Assembly (NCBI GenBank): GCA_013820875.1
Contig: JACDHS010000007.1
Location: 6,246 to 70,245, forward strand
Source: Verrucomicrobiota bacterium
Lineage (GTDB): Bacteria > Verrucomicrobiota > Verrucomicrobiia > Limisphaerales > JACDHS01
Direction: 5' to 3'
Length of the DNA stretch: 64,000 nt
The notes under the pieces are model-generated. The model did no database searches and was not told where the DNA came from. It saw only the letters and a program-made list of their open reading frames with translations. The position numbers were made by a program, and so were the translations under genes. This document shows, one piece after another, positions 19,301 through 28,346 of the stretch. Position 1 is the first letter of the stretch. Each line of letters begins with the position of its first letter.

Positions 19301-22027
19301 TTAAGAATTTTTTACCGGTTTTCTGTGAAGAACTGGTTTGAGATATTGGCCGGTGTAAGATTTTGCGCATCGGACAATTTCCTCCGGTGACCCTTGCGCG
19401 ATGATTTCTCCTCCTCCGCCGCCCGCTTCAGGTCCGAGATCAATCACCCAATCAGCTTCCGCGATAAGATCAAGGTTATGCTCGATGACGATGACGGAAT
19501 GTCCGGCATCCACAAGGCGTTGAATGACCTCCACCAAACGCCGCACATCGGCCATGTGCAGCCCGATTGTCGGCTCTTCCAGGATGAATAGTGCTGATTT
19601 CTCCTTCTTGATGGGCAGGCCGAGTTCCGCTTGCTGCGCCTGCGCCCTGGTTTTTAGCTTCTGGTCAGATGCTGGATTCTTCAGGCCGCTAAGCAAATGC
19701 GTGACGAGCTTGATCCGTTGCGCTTCACCGCCGCTGAGCGTCGGGCTGGTCTGGCCAAGTTTCAGATAATCAAGGCCAGTATCGCGCAACGCCTCCAGCG
19801 GACGACGAATCTTTTGAAATGCACCGAAGAACTCCAGCGCTTCCGCGATGCTGAGTTCCAGGACTTGCGCGATGTTCTTGCCCGCGAATTCGATATCGAG
19901 GGTTTCGAGGTTGAAGCGGCAACCTTCGCATACTTCACACCGCACAAAGGACGGCGGCAGGAAATTCATCTCCAGTTTGATCGTGCCGGCGCCCTGGCAT
20001 TCCGGGCAACGCCCCTGCACGCTGTTGAAAGAGAAGCGACTTGCTGAATAACCGCGCAAGCGCGCTTCCGGAAGTTGCGCGAACAGGTTGCGAATCTCGT
20101 CGAAGAAACCAACGTAAGTCGCTGGAATTGACCGAGGCGTCCGGCCAATCGGCGCCTGGTCCACTTCGTAAATGGCAGAAATCAGATCGTCCCCTTTTGT
20201 GATTTTCCCGAACTCGCGATCCCCTGATGTATCGCCTTTCAGTTTCGCTCGGAGCACCGGAAGCAGACAGTCATGAATCAACGTGCTCTTGCCCGAACCG
20301 CTCACGCCGGACACCGCCACAAACCGGTTCAACGGAATTTCTACGGTCACATTCTTAAGGTTGTGCAGTGACGCTTTATTCAAAACCAGCCGGGCAGATT
20401 TTTTTTCGACAGGACGCCGTGTGCCGCGATGCGGGAAACGCTTGTGCTCGCGCAGACACTGACCGGTGATTGAGTTTTTGTTCCGCTTCAGCTCAGACAA
20501 AGTTCCCGCTGCCATTACTTCGCCGCCATGAACGCCTGCGCCCGGCCCCAGATCGATCACGTAATCTGCGCGTCGCATCGTTTCTTCGTCATGCTCCACA
20601 ACGACGAGCGAGTTCCCCCGCTTCTTCAGGAGGTCGAGCGCGTGTAGCAGATGCTCATTGTCGCGGGCATGCAAACCGATGGTTGGCTCATCGAGGATAT
20701 AAAGGACACCGGTGAGGTTGGATCCAAGTTGTGCGGCGAGCCGAATGCGTTGCGCTTCACCACCCGACAAAGTGGTCGCACTGCGGCCGAGTTGCAAATA
20801 GCCAAGCCCGACTTCACGAAGAAATTTCAGCCGCTCATGAATCTCCGGCAAAATATCGCGCGCAATTTCCGCTTCGCGACCTTGGATTTTCAATTCAGCA
20901 AAAAATGAAATTACGTCATCCACGGCGGCGTTGCCGATGTCAACAATGGTAGGACAGGCGCTTTTAGTGGAAGGAAACAGGCGAGACGCCTGTTCTACTC
21001 TAAGGCGCACCGCACGCGCGATCGGGTTTAGGCGGGTGCCGTTGCATTCCGGGCAAAGCTCGCGTTTGCCTTCCTGCCAGCCGAACCATGATTCTTCGAT
21101 GGCATCCGCGCGCGCGCCGCGGTCCACCTCCGGCAGATAAAAAAGCTCACCAAACCCGCGACAATTTCCGCACCAGCCTTGCGAGGAATTGTAGCTAAAG
21201 TTTTTCGGGTCGAGCACTGCGAAAGAATCACCGCACCTCGGACAAGCGCGATGCGTGGAATGAACAGACGTTTTACCATCCTTGCCGAGTGCGTAAAGCG
21301 TGCCGTTACCGAGGCGCAACGTTTCATCAATCAGTTGCTGCGGAGATTTCTCCCATGCCCTGGCTCGTTTCGCGAGCACGCCAGTGACGATTTCCACATC
21401 GTGTTCCTTGAACCGATCAAGCCGAAACGGTTCGCTCGTCGAATACATTTTCCCATCGGCGCGGAGTTGTTCGTAATCGTGCTTGGCAGCCCATTGCGCC
21501 ACATCGCTGTGAAAACCTTTCCGATTTTTCACAACCGGAGCGAGCAGGGACAAGTTTCCGCGACGTTTCACTTCCTCCTGAAGTTTGCGTCCGATCTCAT
21601 CACGCGTTTGCGCTTGAACCGCCAGGTCGCATTTCGGGCAGAACTGCGTTCCGAGCCGGGCATAGAGCAGTCGCAGGAAATGATATACCTCGGTCACTGT
21701 GGCAACGGTGCTTTTGCCGCCGCCGCGGGAAACCCGTTGTTCAATGCTCACCGTCGGCGGAATGCCGGTGATGAGATCCACATCCGGGCGGGCCATTTGC
21801 TCAACGAACTGGCGGGCATAGACGTTCATGGAATCCAAAAACCGGCGTTGCCCTTCCGAGAAGAGAAGGTCAAATGCCAGCGTGCTTTTTCCCGAACCGC
21901 TCACGCCGGTAATGACGACAAACTTCCCTCGCGGAATCTGCAGGGAAAGGTTTTTCAGATTGTGTTCACGCGCGCCAATAATGGAAATGGCGTCACTGAC
22001 AGCGAACTCTGTTTTGTCGTCCAACAT
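19301..22027 (-). CDS. uvrA: UvrA-family excinuclease ABC subunit A (closer to canonical; short insertion domain)
   Basis: 908 aa with two ABC modules (GVSGSGKSTL twice, LSGGEAQR twice). Zn-finger cysteines are CPKC...CPRC, CGNC...CPEC and CPEC...CEVC. SIEQR..GGGKSTVATVTEVYHFLRLLYARLG aligns with E. coli UvrA as I recall it. Confidence 0.85.
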   Translation of the reverse strand: MLDDKTEFAVSDAISIIGAREHNLKNLSLQIPRGKFVVITGVSGSGKSTLAFDLLFSEGQRRFLDSMNVYARQFVEQMARPDVDLITGIPPTVSIEQRVSRGGGKSTVATVTEVYHFLRLLYARLGTQFCPKCDLAVQAQTRDEIGRKLQEEVKRRGNLSLLAPVVKNRKGFHSDVAQWAAKHDYEQLRADGKMYSTSEPFRLDRFKEHDVEIVTGVLAKRARAWEKSPQQLIDETLRLGNGTLYALGKDGKTSVHSTHRACPRCGDSFAVLDPKNFSYNSSQGWCGNCRGFGELFYLPEVDRGARADAIEESWFGWQEGKRELCPECNGTRLNPIARAVRLRVEQASRLFPSTKSACPTIVDIGNAAVDDVISFFAELKIQGREAEIARDILPEIHERLKFLREVGLGYLQLGRSATTLSGGEAQRIRLAAQLGSNLTGVLYILDEPTIGLHARDNEHLLHALDLLKKRGNSLVVVEHDEETMRRADYVIDLGPGAGVHGGEVMAAGTLSELKRNKNSITGQCLREHKRFPHRGTRRPVEKKSARLVLNKASLHNLKNVTVEIPLNRFVAVSGVSGSGKSTLIHDCLLPVLRAKLKGDTSGDREFGKITKGDDLISAIYEVDQAPIGRTPRSIPATYVGFFDEIRNLFAQLPEARLRGYSASRFSFNSVQGRCPECQGAGTIKLEMNFLPPSFVRCEVCEGCRFNLETLDIEFAGKNIAQVLELSIAEALEFFGAFQKIRRPLEALRDTGLDYLKLGQTSPTLSGGEAQRIKLVTHLLSGLKNPASDQKLKTRAQAQQAELGLPIKKEKSALFILEEPTIGLHMADVRRLVEVIQRLVDAGHSVIVIEHNLDLIAEADWVIDLGPEAGGGGGEIIAQGSPEEIVRCAKSYTGQYLKPVLHRKPVKNS

Positions 22028-22065
22028 CTGAAATGTTTAGCACGACTTTCGGGCGGGGGCTAATT

Positions 22066-22230
22066 GGGTTTAAAGTTTAAGGTTTGAAGTTCAAGGTTGG
22101 GAGAAAGATTTAACGTGCTGTCGATCTTGCTGGCAGCGCTTGCCTTCTCCCTCTCTCTTTCCGAAGTTCAAGGTTGGGAACGCCACCCTTAACTTTGAAC
22201 TTTGAACCTTAAACTTTGAACTAAACTGCC
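22066..22230. repeat. Short-period palindromic element (TTTAAGG/TTCAAGG type)
   Basis: GGTTTAAAGTTTAAGGTTTGAAGTTCAAGGTTGGGA on the left is mirrored by ...CCCTTAACTTTGAACTTTGAACCTTAAACTTTGAAC on the right. There is also a direct repeat of GAAGTTCAAGGTTGGGA near 22088 and 22161. Confidence 0.6.
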
Positions 22231-22235
22231 ACAAA

Positions 22236-22269
22236 CAACCGGCTTGATGCATGAAGCTCAAGCCGGTTG
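22236..22269 (-). terminator. Perfect 12-bp hairpin downstream of the DUF3309 ORF
   Basis: CAACCGGCTTGA (22236-22247) pairs with TCAAGCCGGTTG (22258-22269) across a 10-nt loop, 22 nt past the stop at 22292. The T tract is weak. Confidence 0.45.
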
Positions 22270-22291
22270 CGAGTCGTTCTTGATCGTGTCG

Positions 22292-22450
22292 TTATATTCG
22301 TCCCAGCAGAACCAGAATGAGTAAGATCAACAGGATCAATCCGACAATGCCACTCGGCCCGTATCCCCAACCGGCGCTGTAGCCCCAGGTGGGAACCACG
22401 GCCAGGAGCAGCAAAACCATTAGGATTATCAGAATTGTTCCGAGGGTCAT
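22292..22450 (-). CDS. DUF3309-family small membrane protein (52 aa, below the ORF-track length cut-off)
   Basis: Hand translation gives MTLGTILIILMVLLLLAVVPTWGYSAGWGYGPSGIVGLILLILLILVLLGRI-TAA. The two-helix architecture and the P.W.YS.GWGY.PSG core match DUF3309 as I recall it. GAGG lies 7 nt upstream of the ATG. Confidence 0.7.
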   Translation of the reverse strand: MTLGTILIILMVLLLLAVVPTWGYSAGWGYGPSGIVGLILLILLILVLLGRI

Positions 22451-22479
22451 AATAGCCTCACTTTCTTACAGTCTGTCAG

Positions 22480-22911
22480 TTATCGGTCATCGATTTTAAT
22501 TTCGGCCCCATTGGGGGTGCGTTGCGCATCGATATCCACATCTACCCCGTTTCTCCTGATTGCTTCGCCTCCCGCGGCTTCATCCATTTTGATCATGATG
22601 TCGTTCTTGACGAACTGAACACCATCGGCTGCCCGGGCGAGTTCTTCCGCGCGTTGTTTTTGATCCGGACTATCCACGAATCCGGTCAATTGAACTGTCC
22701 CCCTGAAAGTATCCACCTTCACGTCCATGCCTGACACGTCAGGGTCGGCGAGTAACTTACTCTTGACGCGCGCTGTTGTCCCAGCGTCGTCAAAGGTCTG
22801 ACCTGTGCTTCGGCTGTAACGATCACCAGCGCAACCCGTGGAGAAAGTCACCAGGGAAACTGCCGCAATCATACAGGCGAACAAACCGCATTGTTTGATG
22901 AATTTTTTCAT
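22480..22911 (-). CDS. BON-domain lipoprotein (OsmY-like)
   Basis: The internal ATG at 22911 gives MKKFIKQCGLFACMIAAVSLVTFSTGC (lipobox), then AGTTARVKSKLLADPDVSGMDVKVDTFRGTVQLTGFV.SPDQKQRAEELA, a typical BON domain. The 259-aa track ORF adds an implausible Arg/Pro-rich extension. Confidence 0.8.
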   Translation of the reverse strand: MKKFIKQCGLFACMIAAVSLVTFSTGCAGDRYSRSTGQTFDDAGTTARVKSKLLADPDVSGMDVKVDTFRGTVQLTGFVDSPDQKQRAEELARAADGVQFVKNDIMIKMDEAAGGEAIRRNGVDVDIDAQRTPNGAEIKIDDR

Positions 22912-23120
22912 AATACGTTTTACTTTCGCTACAAACGTAAGTGGTGGGAAAGGTCCGTTCAATTGGTGCAAGACCCTGTTTCCAGTTGCCCGAGTTTTGC
23001 TCAACCGTGGATAGGAAAACTTCCTGAATGGCAGGGGATAGCAGCGCCAGCAATGTGCTGTCAGCGTCGTAGCTCGGACTTTCCGGTCTGCTGCACCGAT
23101 TGCGACTCGCCGCGCTGTGG

Positions 23121-26100
23121 TCAGGAAAGCACCTGGCGTAGCGCACGCCCAGTATGGCTCCCTTCCTGGAGCAACACCTCTTCCGGGGTGCCGACCGCGA
23201 CGATTTCGCCACCGCGATCCCCAGCCTCCGGCCCGAGGTCGATCAGCCAATCCGCACATTTGATGAGTTCAAGATTGTGTTCGATGACCACGACAGAATT
23301 CCCGGCTTCGACGAGTTTATGGAACGCTGCCGTGAGCACGCGAACATCGTCGAAATGCAAACCGGTTGTGGGTTCATCAAAGAAAAACATTGTTGGTTTG
23401 CCGGAGCTTTGCTGACGACCGAACTCGGCCAGGTGACTGACCAACTTTAACCGCTGACTTTCCCCGCCTGACAACGTGTTGATCGGTTGGCCCAGCCGCA
23501 GATAGCCCAGTCCAACTTCCTGCAACAGTTGCAGCGCACGAATGGCGTGTTGCGCGTGACGGCTTTGCGTGAGGCTTTGCAGAAAATGAATCACCTGGTC
23601 GGCACTCGCCTCCAGCAGATCGGCAATGTTCCATTGCACACTTTCCATTCGGGAATTTCGGAGCGACGAACCGGGCACGCTACCGTCCACCTTGATTTCG
23701 AGAATGTGCGAGCGATAACGGCGCCCGTCGCAATCCGGGCAACGAATAAAAACATCGCTGAGAAATTGCATCTCGATTTTCTCGAAGCCAGCACCGCGAC
23801 AACGCTCGCATTGGCCCTGGCTGGAATTGAAACTGAACGCACTGGCATTCAACCCACGTTGTTTGGCGACTTCTGTCTGTGCAAATATCTCGCGAATATC
23901 ATCAAAGGCCCCGATGTACACCGCCGGATTGGAACGAGGCGTCCGGCCAATCGCTGTTTGATCCACCAACAGGACGCGCCCGATGCTTTCGAAGCCGCGC
24001 AGATCCACTTCGGAATGCGGAGCGCGAAGCGCGGACTTTTCGTCGCCGTCATTCGCGGAATCATCCTCCGTCGTTTCAATCTCTGACGGAGCTTGCGCGT
24101 TTATCCTTTCTTCCAATGCAGGCAGGAGCACATCCCGCACAAGCGTGGATTTGCCCGAGCCGCTCACACCCGTGATGCAGACAAATCGGCCAAGAGGAAT
24201 TTCGACGGTGACATTACACAGGTTATGCGCCGTTGCACCGGTGATCTTTAAGGCAGGACAGGCATCCTGCCTGTCCCTCGGAGCTGATGCATCGCGAGAA
24301 ACTAAAGAGCGGTTGTCCACGTTTCTTGCGCTTCGAGCTCTTTTGCCATTCTGGGAGAGGCAGGATGCCTGTCCTGCTTTACGGCGTTCCGGCACTTCTA
24401 TCGCCTTGCGACCGCTTAAGTATTCACCCGTAAGCGAACCTTTCGCTTTAAGAATGTCACGGTAGCGTCCCTGGAAAACAATCTGTCCCCCGGTTTCGCC
24501 ATGGCCCGGGCCGAGATCAATTATCTCATCCGCAGCCCGCATCACATTCGCTTCGTGTTCAACGACCACCACGGTATTTCCGACATCGCGCAGGCGTTGC
24601 AGAATTTCAATCAGCCGATCGGTATCACGCGGATGCAATCCGACACTTGGCTCATCCAGGACAAACAACGTATTCACCAGGCCCGAACCAAGACAGGTGG
24701 TTAGGCTGACACGTTCGGTTTCGCCCCCGGAAAGCGTGCGGGTCGGTCGATCCAGGGTTAGATAACCCAGTCCGACTTCGTTCATGAACGAAAGTCGCGC
24801 CCGCACTTCATGCAATGCCAGCGTTAAAGGATCGGACGTCCTGGTGTGCTTGCGTCCAGCCGCCAGCGATTCGATAAACTGCAACGAATCGCGCAGGGAA
24901 AGCTGGTAGAAATCGGAGAGAGATAACTTCGCTGGTCGCCTTTTCCCGGAAGACTCAGAGAGGCGGGGTGTCTCTACTACTTTGTAGAGCAACGTGTCTG
25001 GTTGGAAACGCGCCCCGTGGCAATCGTCGCAGGGGCGGTAACTTCGGTAACGCGAGAGCAACACGCGCACATGCATTTTGTAGGATTTGGATTCCAGCCA
25101 GCGGAAATAACCTTTGATCCCGTACCAGGCTTTCGGCCACTGATGATTGTCATCCATGCCGTAGTTCGGTTCGCCGTTGATGACCCAGTCCTGGAATTCG
25201 TTCGGCAGATCGCGAAACGGAACATTGGTGGGGATATGACGTTTGCGACAGAATTTCATCATGTCATCCTGACACTCGGCGCTTTGACCGGTTTGCCACG
25301 GCTTCACCACTCCGCCCGCTAATGTTTTCGAACGATCCGGTATCGCCAGGTTGTAATCAATGGTGATGACCCGTCCGAACCCGCGACAGGTCGGACAAGC
25401 GCCGAGCGGATGATTGAAACTGAACAAAGCGGGAACCGGCTCGCGATAATCAATGTCGCACTCCGCACAATGCAAGCGGTTGGAAAATGTTTGCGTGCGG
25501 GTTCCAGCTTTCGAGTGGCCGGCCTCCGAAAAATGTAAAGTGAGTTTCCCTTTTCCGAAATGATAGGCCTGTTCGCACGCTTCAATAAAACGATGCCTAT
25601 TGGTCGGCGCGATTTTAATACGATCCTGAACGACCGTCAGCACAACAGCTTTCAATGCGGAAAGTTGAGCCGTCGCCTCTTCCAGACGTTTGATTTCACC
25701 CTCCACCAGCAACCGTTGGTAACCTTGCTTTGCCACCAGGTTAAGCGTTTCGGTGAGCGGCAGCTTTTCGGACAGCGGCAGTTTGAACGTGATAAGAATT
25801 TCGGAATGCGCGGCGGAGTTTGGCGCTCCGCCCTGGCTCACCGTTTCCCAAATCTTCTGTGGCGAATCTTTTGTCACAGGCCTGCCGCATTTTCGGCAAT
25901 GCAATTGTGCCAGGTGCGCCCAGAGCACTTTTGCGTAATCGCAAATCTCCGTCATCGTTCCGACAGTGGAGCGAGTCGTTTTGACGGCGTTCCGCTGTTC
26001 GATGGCGATGGCCGGTGGAATTCCCTCAATGCTATCGACCTGTGGCTTGTCCATCCGATCGAAAAACTGGCGGGTGTAAGGCGAGAACGTTTCAATGTAG

Positions 26101-26294
26101 CGACGTTGCCCCTCCGCAAACAAGACATCGAACGCCAGCGAACTCTTCCCTGAACCGCTCAAACCAGTGATCACCACCAGTTTTCCAATCGGCAGGTCGA
26201 GATCGAAATTCTTGAGATTATTATGCCGCACACCACGGAGGCGAATAAACTTTGGCGCGGACTTCTTTTGCATGCGGGCGAAACCTAATTGCAA
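23121..26294 (-). CDS. Divergent UvrA-family ABC ATPase (UvrA paralogue) with extra insertions
   Basis: 1057 aa. It contains GLSGSGKSSLAFDVLFAEGQRRY, LSGGETERVSL, GVSGSGKSTL and LSGGESQRLKL, with Zn-finger Cys pairs. It diverges from the neighbouring UvrA in the region between Zn fingers. It also carries an in-frame palindromic element in the inter-module linker and an acidic insert (ETTEDDSANDGDEKS). Confidence 0.85.
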   Translation of the reverse strand: MQLGFARMQKKSAPKFIRLRGVRHNNLKNFDLDLPIGKLVVITGLSGSGKSSLAFDVLFAEGQRRYIETFSPYTRQFFDRMDKPQVDSIEGIPPAIAIEQRNAVKTTRSTVGTMTEICDYAKVLWAHLAQLHCRKCGRPVTKDSPQKIWETVSQGGAPNSAAHSEILITFKLPLSEKLPLTETLNLVAKQGYQRLLVEGEIKRLEEATAQLSALKAVVLTVVQDRIKIAPTNRHRFIEACEQAYHFGKGKLTLHFSEAGHSKAGTRTQTFSNRLHCAECDIDYREPVPALFSFNHPLGACPTCRGFGRVITIDYNLAIPDRSKTLAGGVVKPWQTGQSAECQDDMMKFCRKRHIPTNVPFRDLPNEFQDWVINGEPNYGMDDNHQWPKAWYGIKGYFRWLESKSYKMHVRVLLSRYRSYRPCDDCHGARFQPDTLLYKVVETPRLSESSGKRRPAKLSLSDFYQLSLRDSLQFIESLAAGRKHTRTSDPLTLALHEVRARLSFMNEVGLGYLTLDRPTRTLSGGETERVSLTTCLGSGLVNTLFVLDEPSVGLHPRDTDRLIEILQRLRDVGNTVVVVEHEANVMRAADEIIDLGPGHGETGGQIVFQGRYRDILKAKGSLTGEYLSGRKAIEVPERRKAGQASCLSQNGKRARSARNVDNRSLVSRDASAPRDRQDACPALKITGATAHNLCNVTVEIPLGRFVCITGVSGSGKSTLVRDVLLPALEERINAQAPSEIETTEDDSANDGDEKSALRAPHSEVDLRGFESIGRVLLVDQTAIGRTPRSNPAVYIGAFDDIREIFAQTEVAKQRGLNASAFSFNSSQGQCERCRGAGFEKIEMQFLSDVFIRCPDCDGRRYRSHILEIKVDGSVPGSSLRNSRMESVQWNIADLLEASADQVIHFLQSLTQSRHAQHAIRALQLLQEVGLGYLRLGQPINTLSGGESQRLKLVSHLAEFGRQQSSGKPTMFFFDEPTTGLHFDDVRVLTAAFHKLVEAGNSVVVIEHNLELIKCADWLIDLGPEAGDRGGEIVAVGTPEEVLLQEGSHTGRALRQVLS
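24253..24377. repeat. GGACAGGCATCCTGCCTGTCC-type palindromic element inside the UvrA-paralogue CDS
   Basis: GCAGGACAGGCATCCTGCC (24254-24272) is the perfect reverse complement of GGCAGGATGCCTGTCCTGC (24359-24377). The 25-nt GGACAGGCATCCTGCCTGTCCCTCG at 24257-24281 is identical to 47360-47384 in glnS. Confidence 0.85.
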
Positions 26295-26326
26295 TGCAGC
26301 AGGAGTTCAAATTGCAGAGATATTCT

Positions 26327-27043
26327 TCAACTGATCAGCAGTAACCGCGGTGCCTGGCCGGGAACGGTTTCGGGAGCGCGATGAATGCATGGCGGAACCG
26401 GACTGCCGGGATAATCCACGGCGATACGCCAGAGGTTGCCCAGACCCAATGAAAAAGGCCGCGCTCCCGGGGCGGCGGCATAGTGGAGGTCGTAGCAGTT
26501 TTCATTCAGAAATTCGAGGAAGCCGTCGTCATCATTCCCTCCGAAGAGCTTGAGGAGTTCAGCGCGGGTTTTGGGAATGTCCACGCGCCGTTGCGCCTCG
26601 TCGTTGCGCAAGCCTTCGCTCGCCGGCCCGTGGTAAGTGCAAAGATAAGTATCGGTTTCCACCGTGGCGCTGTCTGCATGGAAGGAGAAGACGTCCGTGA
26701 CCACGGGCCCTGGATTCTCGTCGCGCGGATAGCCGTTGATGCAGTTGAGGACGGGGTCAAGGTGGAGTTCCCGGAGCAACCGCTGGTCTTCGATAAGAAT
26801 TTCAATGGCGGCTCTGCCCGCTGCGCTCACCGGGAGCGTATGGAGTTGTGCGTCGTCGAGGGTGGTTATCCCTTCGCCGCCGCCAAGCTGTTCCACGACT
26901 TCGCTAAAGTTGCCAGGCAAGGTGCGCTCCCAGCAGAGGGCATTGATGCCGTCGCCAAAAGGCGTCGTGACAAGTTCATGAAAACTTTTCACCAGCTTGA
27001 TGCGGGTGTAGCCGGGAGGCAGAGTGAAAGGAGTCATGCGCAT
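26327..27043 (-). CDS. Conserved hypothetical protein (possibly DUF1826-like; unverified)
   Basis: 238 aa, with no TM segment or signal peptide, 33 nt upstream of the UvrA paralogue on the same strand. The family assignment comes from memory only. Confidence 0.55.
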   Translation of the reverse strand: MRMTPFTLPPGYTRIKLVKSFHELVTTPFGDGINALCWERTLPGNFSEVVEQLGGGEGITTLDDAQLHTLPVSAAGRAAIEILIEDQRLLRELHLDPVLNCINGYPRDENPGPVVTDVFSFHADSATVETDTYLCTYHGPASEGLRNDEAQRRVDIPKTRAELLKLFGGNDDDGFLEFLNENCYDLHYAAAPGARPFSLGLGNLWRIAVDYPGSPVPPCIHRAPETVPGQAPRLLLIS

Positions 27044-27346
27044 GTAAAAAGGACAGGTAAACTAAAGTGCCTGGTATTTACATCAAGTGAGATTCCCGCT
27101 CGGTTTGGTTTCCCGTAATTTGTGTTAATAACCACGGACTTCGGATTGATTCCCGCCAGACCGCTTCCTACATCCCCTGAGCGACGCCCAGGCAAACCGC
27201 AAATCCGATAGTGTGAGAGGGGTGGCGGGCGCAATCCCGTCACTCCGGACCGGATCGTGGGCAGGCGTTGCTCATGTCTGCAGGAAAGTAAAATGCGCGC
27301 GCCCTGAAAACCGCTCCACATTCGCTCTCGACAGTCCATTTCGTAA

Positions 27347-28318
27347 ATGGCTTACTCTTGCATAGGCATGCTGCATAATTATTCAGACGAACAGTTGCGA
27401 CTTGCAGCACGCCTTTATTATTTGGATGGACTGCCGCAGGCGGAGGTCGCCAGGTTTACCAACGTTTCTCAGGCAAAAGTTTCCCGGTTGCTCTCCCTGG
27501 CGCGGGAGCGCGGCATTGTGCGGATCACGGTGGAGGATTACCAACCACGCAACGTTTCCCTGGAGAAAGAACTCAAAAAAGGGTTTTGCCTCTCCACGGT
27601 GGCGGTCATCAAAACGGCGGAAGACTTGTCTCTCGAAGACCTGCGCCGCGCTGTCGGCCATTTCGCCGGATCATTTATTGATTCAATGATTGAGGCGCAT
27701 AGCACAGTCACTATTTCCGGCGGCAGAACGATGCGCGAACTGGTCCAATCGCTGCCTCAAGCCCCAGCCAGGCAGCTAACGGTGGTGCAAGCAATGGGCA
27801 GCGTGGATTCCAGTGTTAGTCCTGTGGATTCTCTCGAACTTGGTCGCACTCTCGCTCACCGCTTCGGCGGCACCTTTCTGACGATCAACACGCCCGCGTT
27901 TGTTCCTGACAAAAAAACCCGCGACGCCTTTCTCCAGCTCGAACAAATCCAGAATGTGCGAAGGCGTCTCAGTAAGGTGGACGTAGCGCTCGTGGGGATC
28001 GGCACCTTGCAGAATTCTGTCTTTGCAGAGCGCGGCGTGCTCGGACGCAAAGATGTCGCTGACCTGAAAGCCGCAGGGGCAGTCGGCGAGATGTGCGGAC
28101 GTTTCTTCGATGCCAACGGCAGGGAATGCGACACTCAATGGCGCGACCGCGTCATCAGCATCGAACTGGAGCAACTTAGAAAAATTCCGCAGGTGGTCGG
28201 GGTCATTGCCGGAAGCGATCGGTGCGATGCCATTCGCGCTGCGGTGAAAGGAAAGCTTTTGAAGTCGCTGGTGATTGATGAAGCGGGAGCGCGGGCTTTA
28301 CTTGGAAAAACAATTTAA
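27347..28318 (+). CDS. SorC/DeoR-family sugar-phosphate-binding transcriptional regulator
   Basis: 323 aa. LAARLYYLDGLPQAEVARFTNVSQAKVSRLLSLARERGIVRI is the SorC-type HTH, followed by a sugar-binding domain (GIGT, VGEMCGRFFD). Confidence 0.85.
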   Translation: MAYSCIGMLHNYSDEQLRLAARLYYLDGLPQAEVARFTNVSQAKVSRLLSLARERGIVRITVEDYQPRNVSLEKELKKGFCLSTVAVIKTAEDLSLEDLRRAVGHFAGSFIDSMIEAHSTVTISGGRTMRELVQSLPQAPARQLTVVQAMGSVDSSVSPVDSLELGRTLAHRFGGTFLTINTPAFVPDKKTRDAFLQLEQIQNVRRRLSKVDVALVGIGTLQNSVFAERGVLGRKDVADLKAAGAVGEMCGRFFDANGRECDTQWRDRVISIELEQLRKIPQVVGVIAGSDRCDAIRAAVKGKLLKSLVIDEAGARALLGKTI

Positions 28319-28346
28319 CCACGGATGAACACGGATAGACACCGAT
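28317..28346. repeat. Single arm of a triple-motif element (CACGGATG type)
   Basis: ACCACGGATGAACACGGATAGACACCGATG is three 10-nt repeats filling the 26-nt gap between the regulator stop and the GDPD start. Confidence 0.6.

Noticed and set aside
22480-23259. 259-aa version of the BON-domain ORF
   Set aside because: The first 116 residues are Arg/Pro/Gly-rich with no signal peptide. The internal ATG at 22911 gives a textbook lipoprotein signal (..FSTGC), so the shorter ORF was called.
27180-27270. Possible riboswitch (GGGGTGGCGGGCGCAATCCCGTCAC resembles part of a cobalamin element) in the divergent spacer upstream of the SorC regulator
   Set aside because: It lacks the B12 box and the GCCACTG core, and the downstream genes have no link to cobalamin. 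The resemblance is a short chance match.
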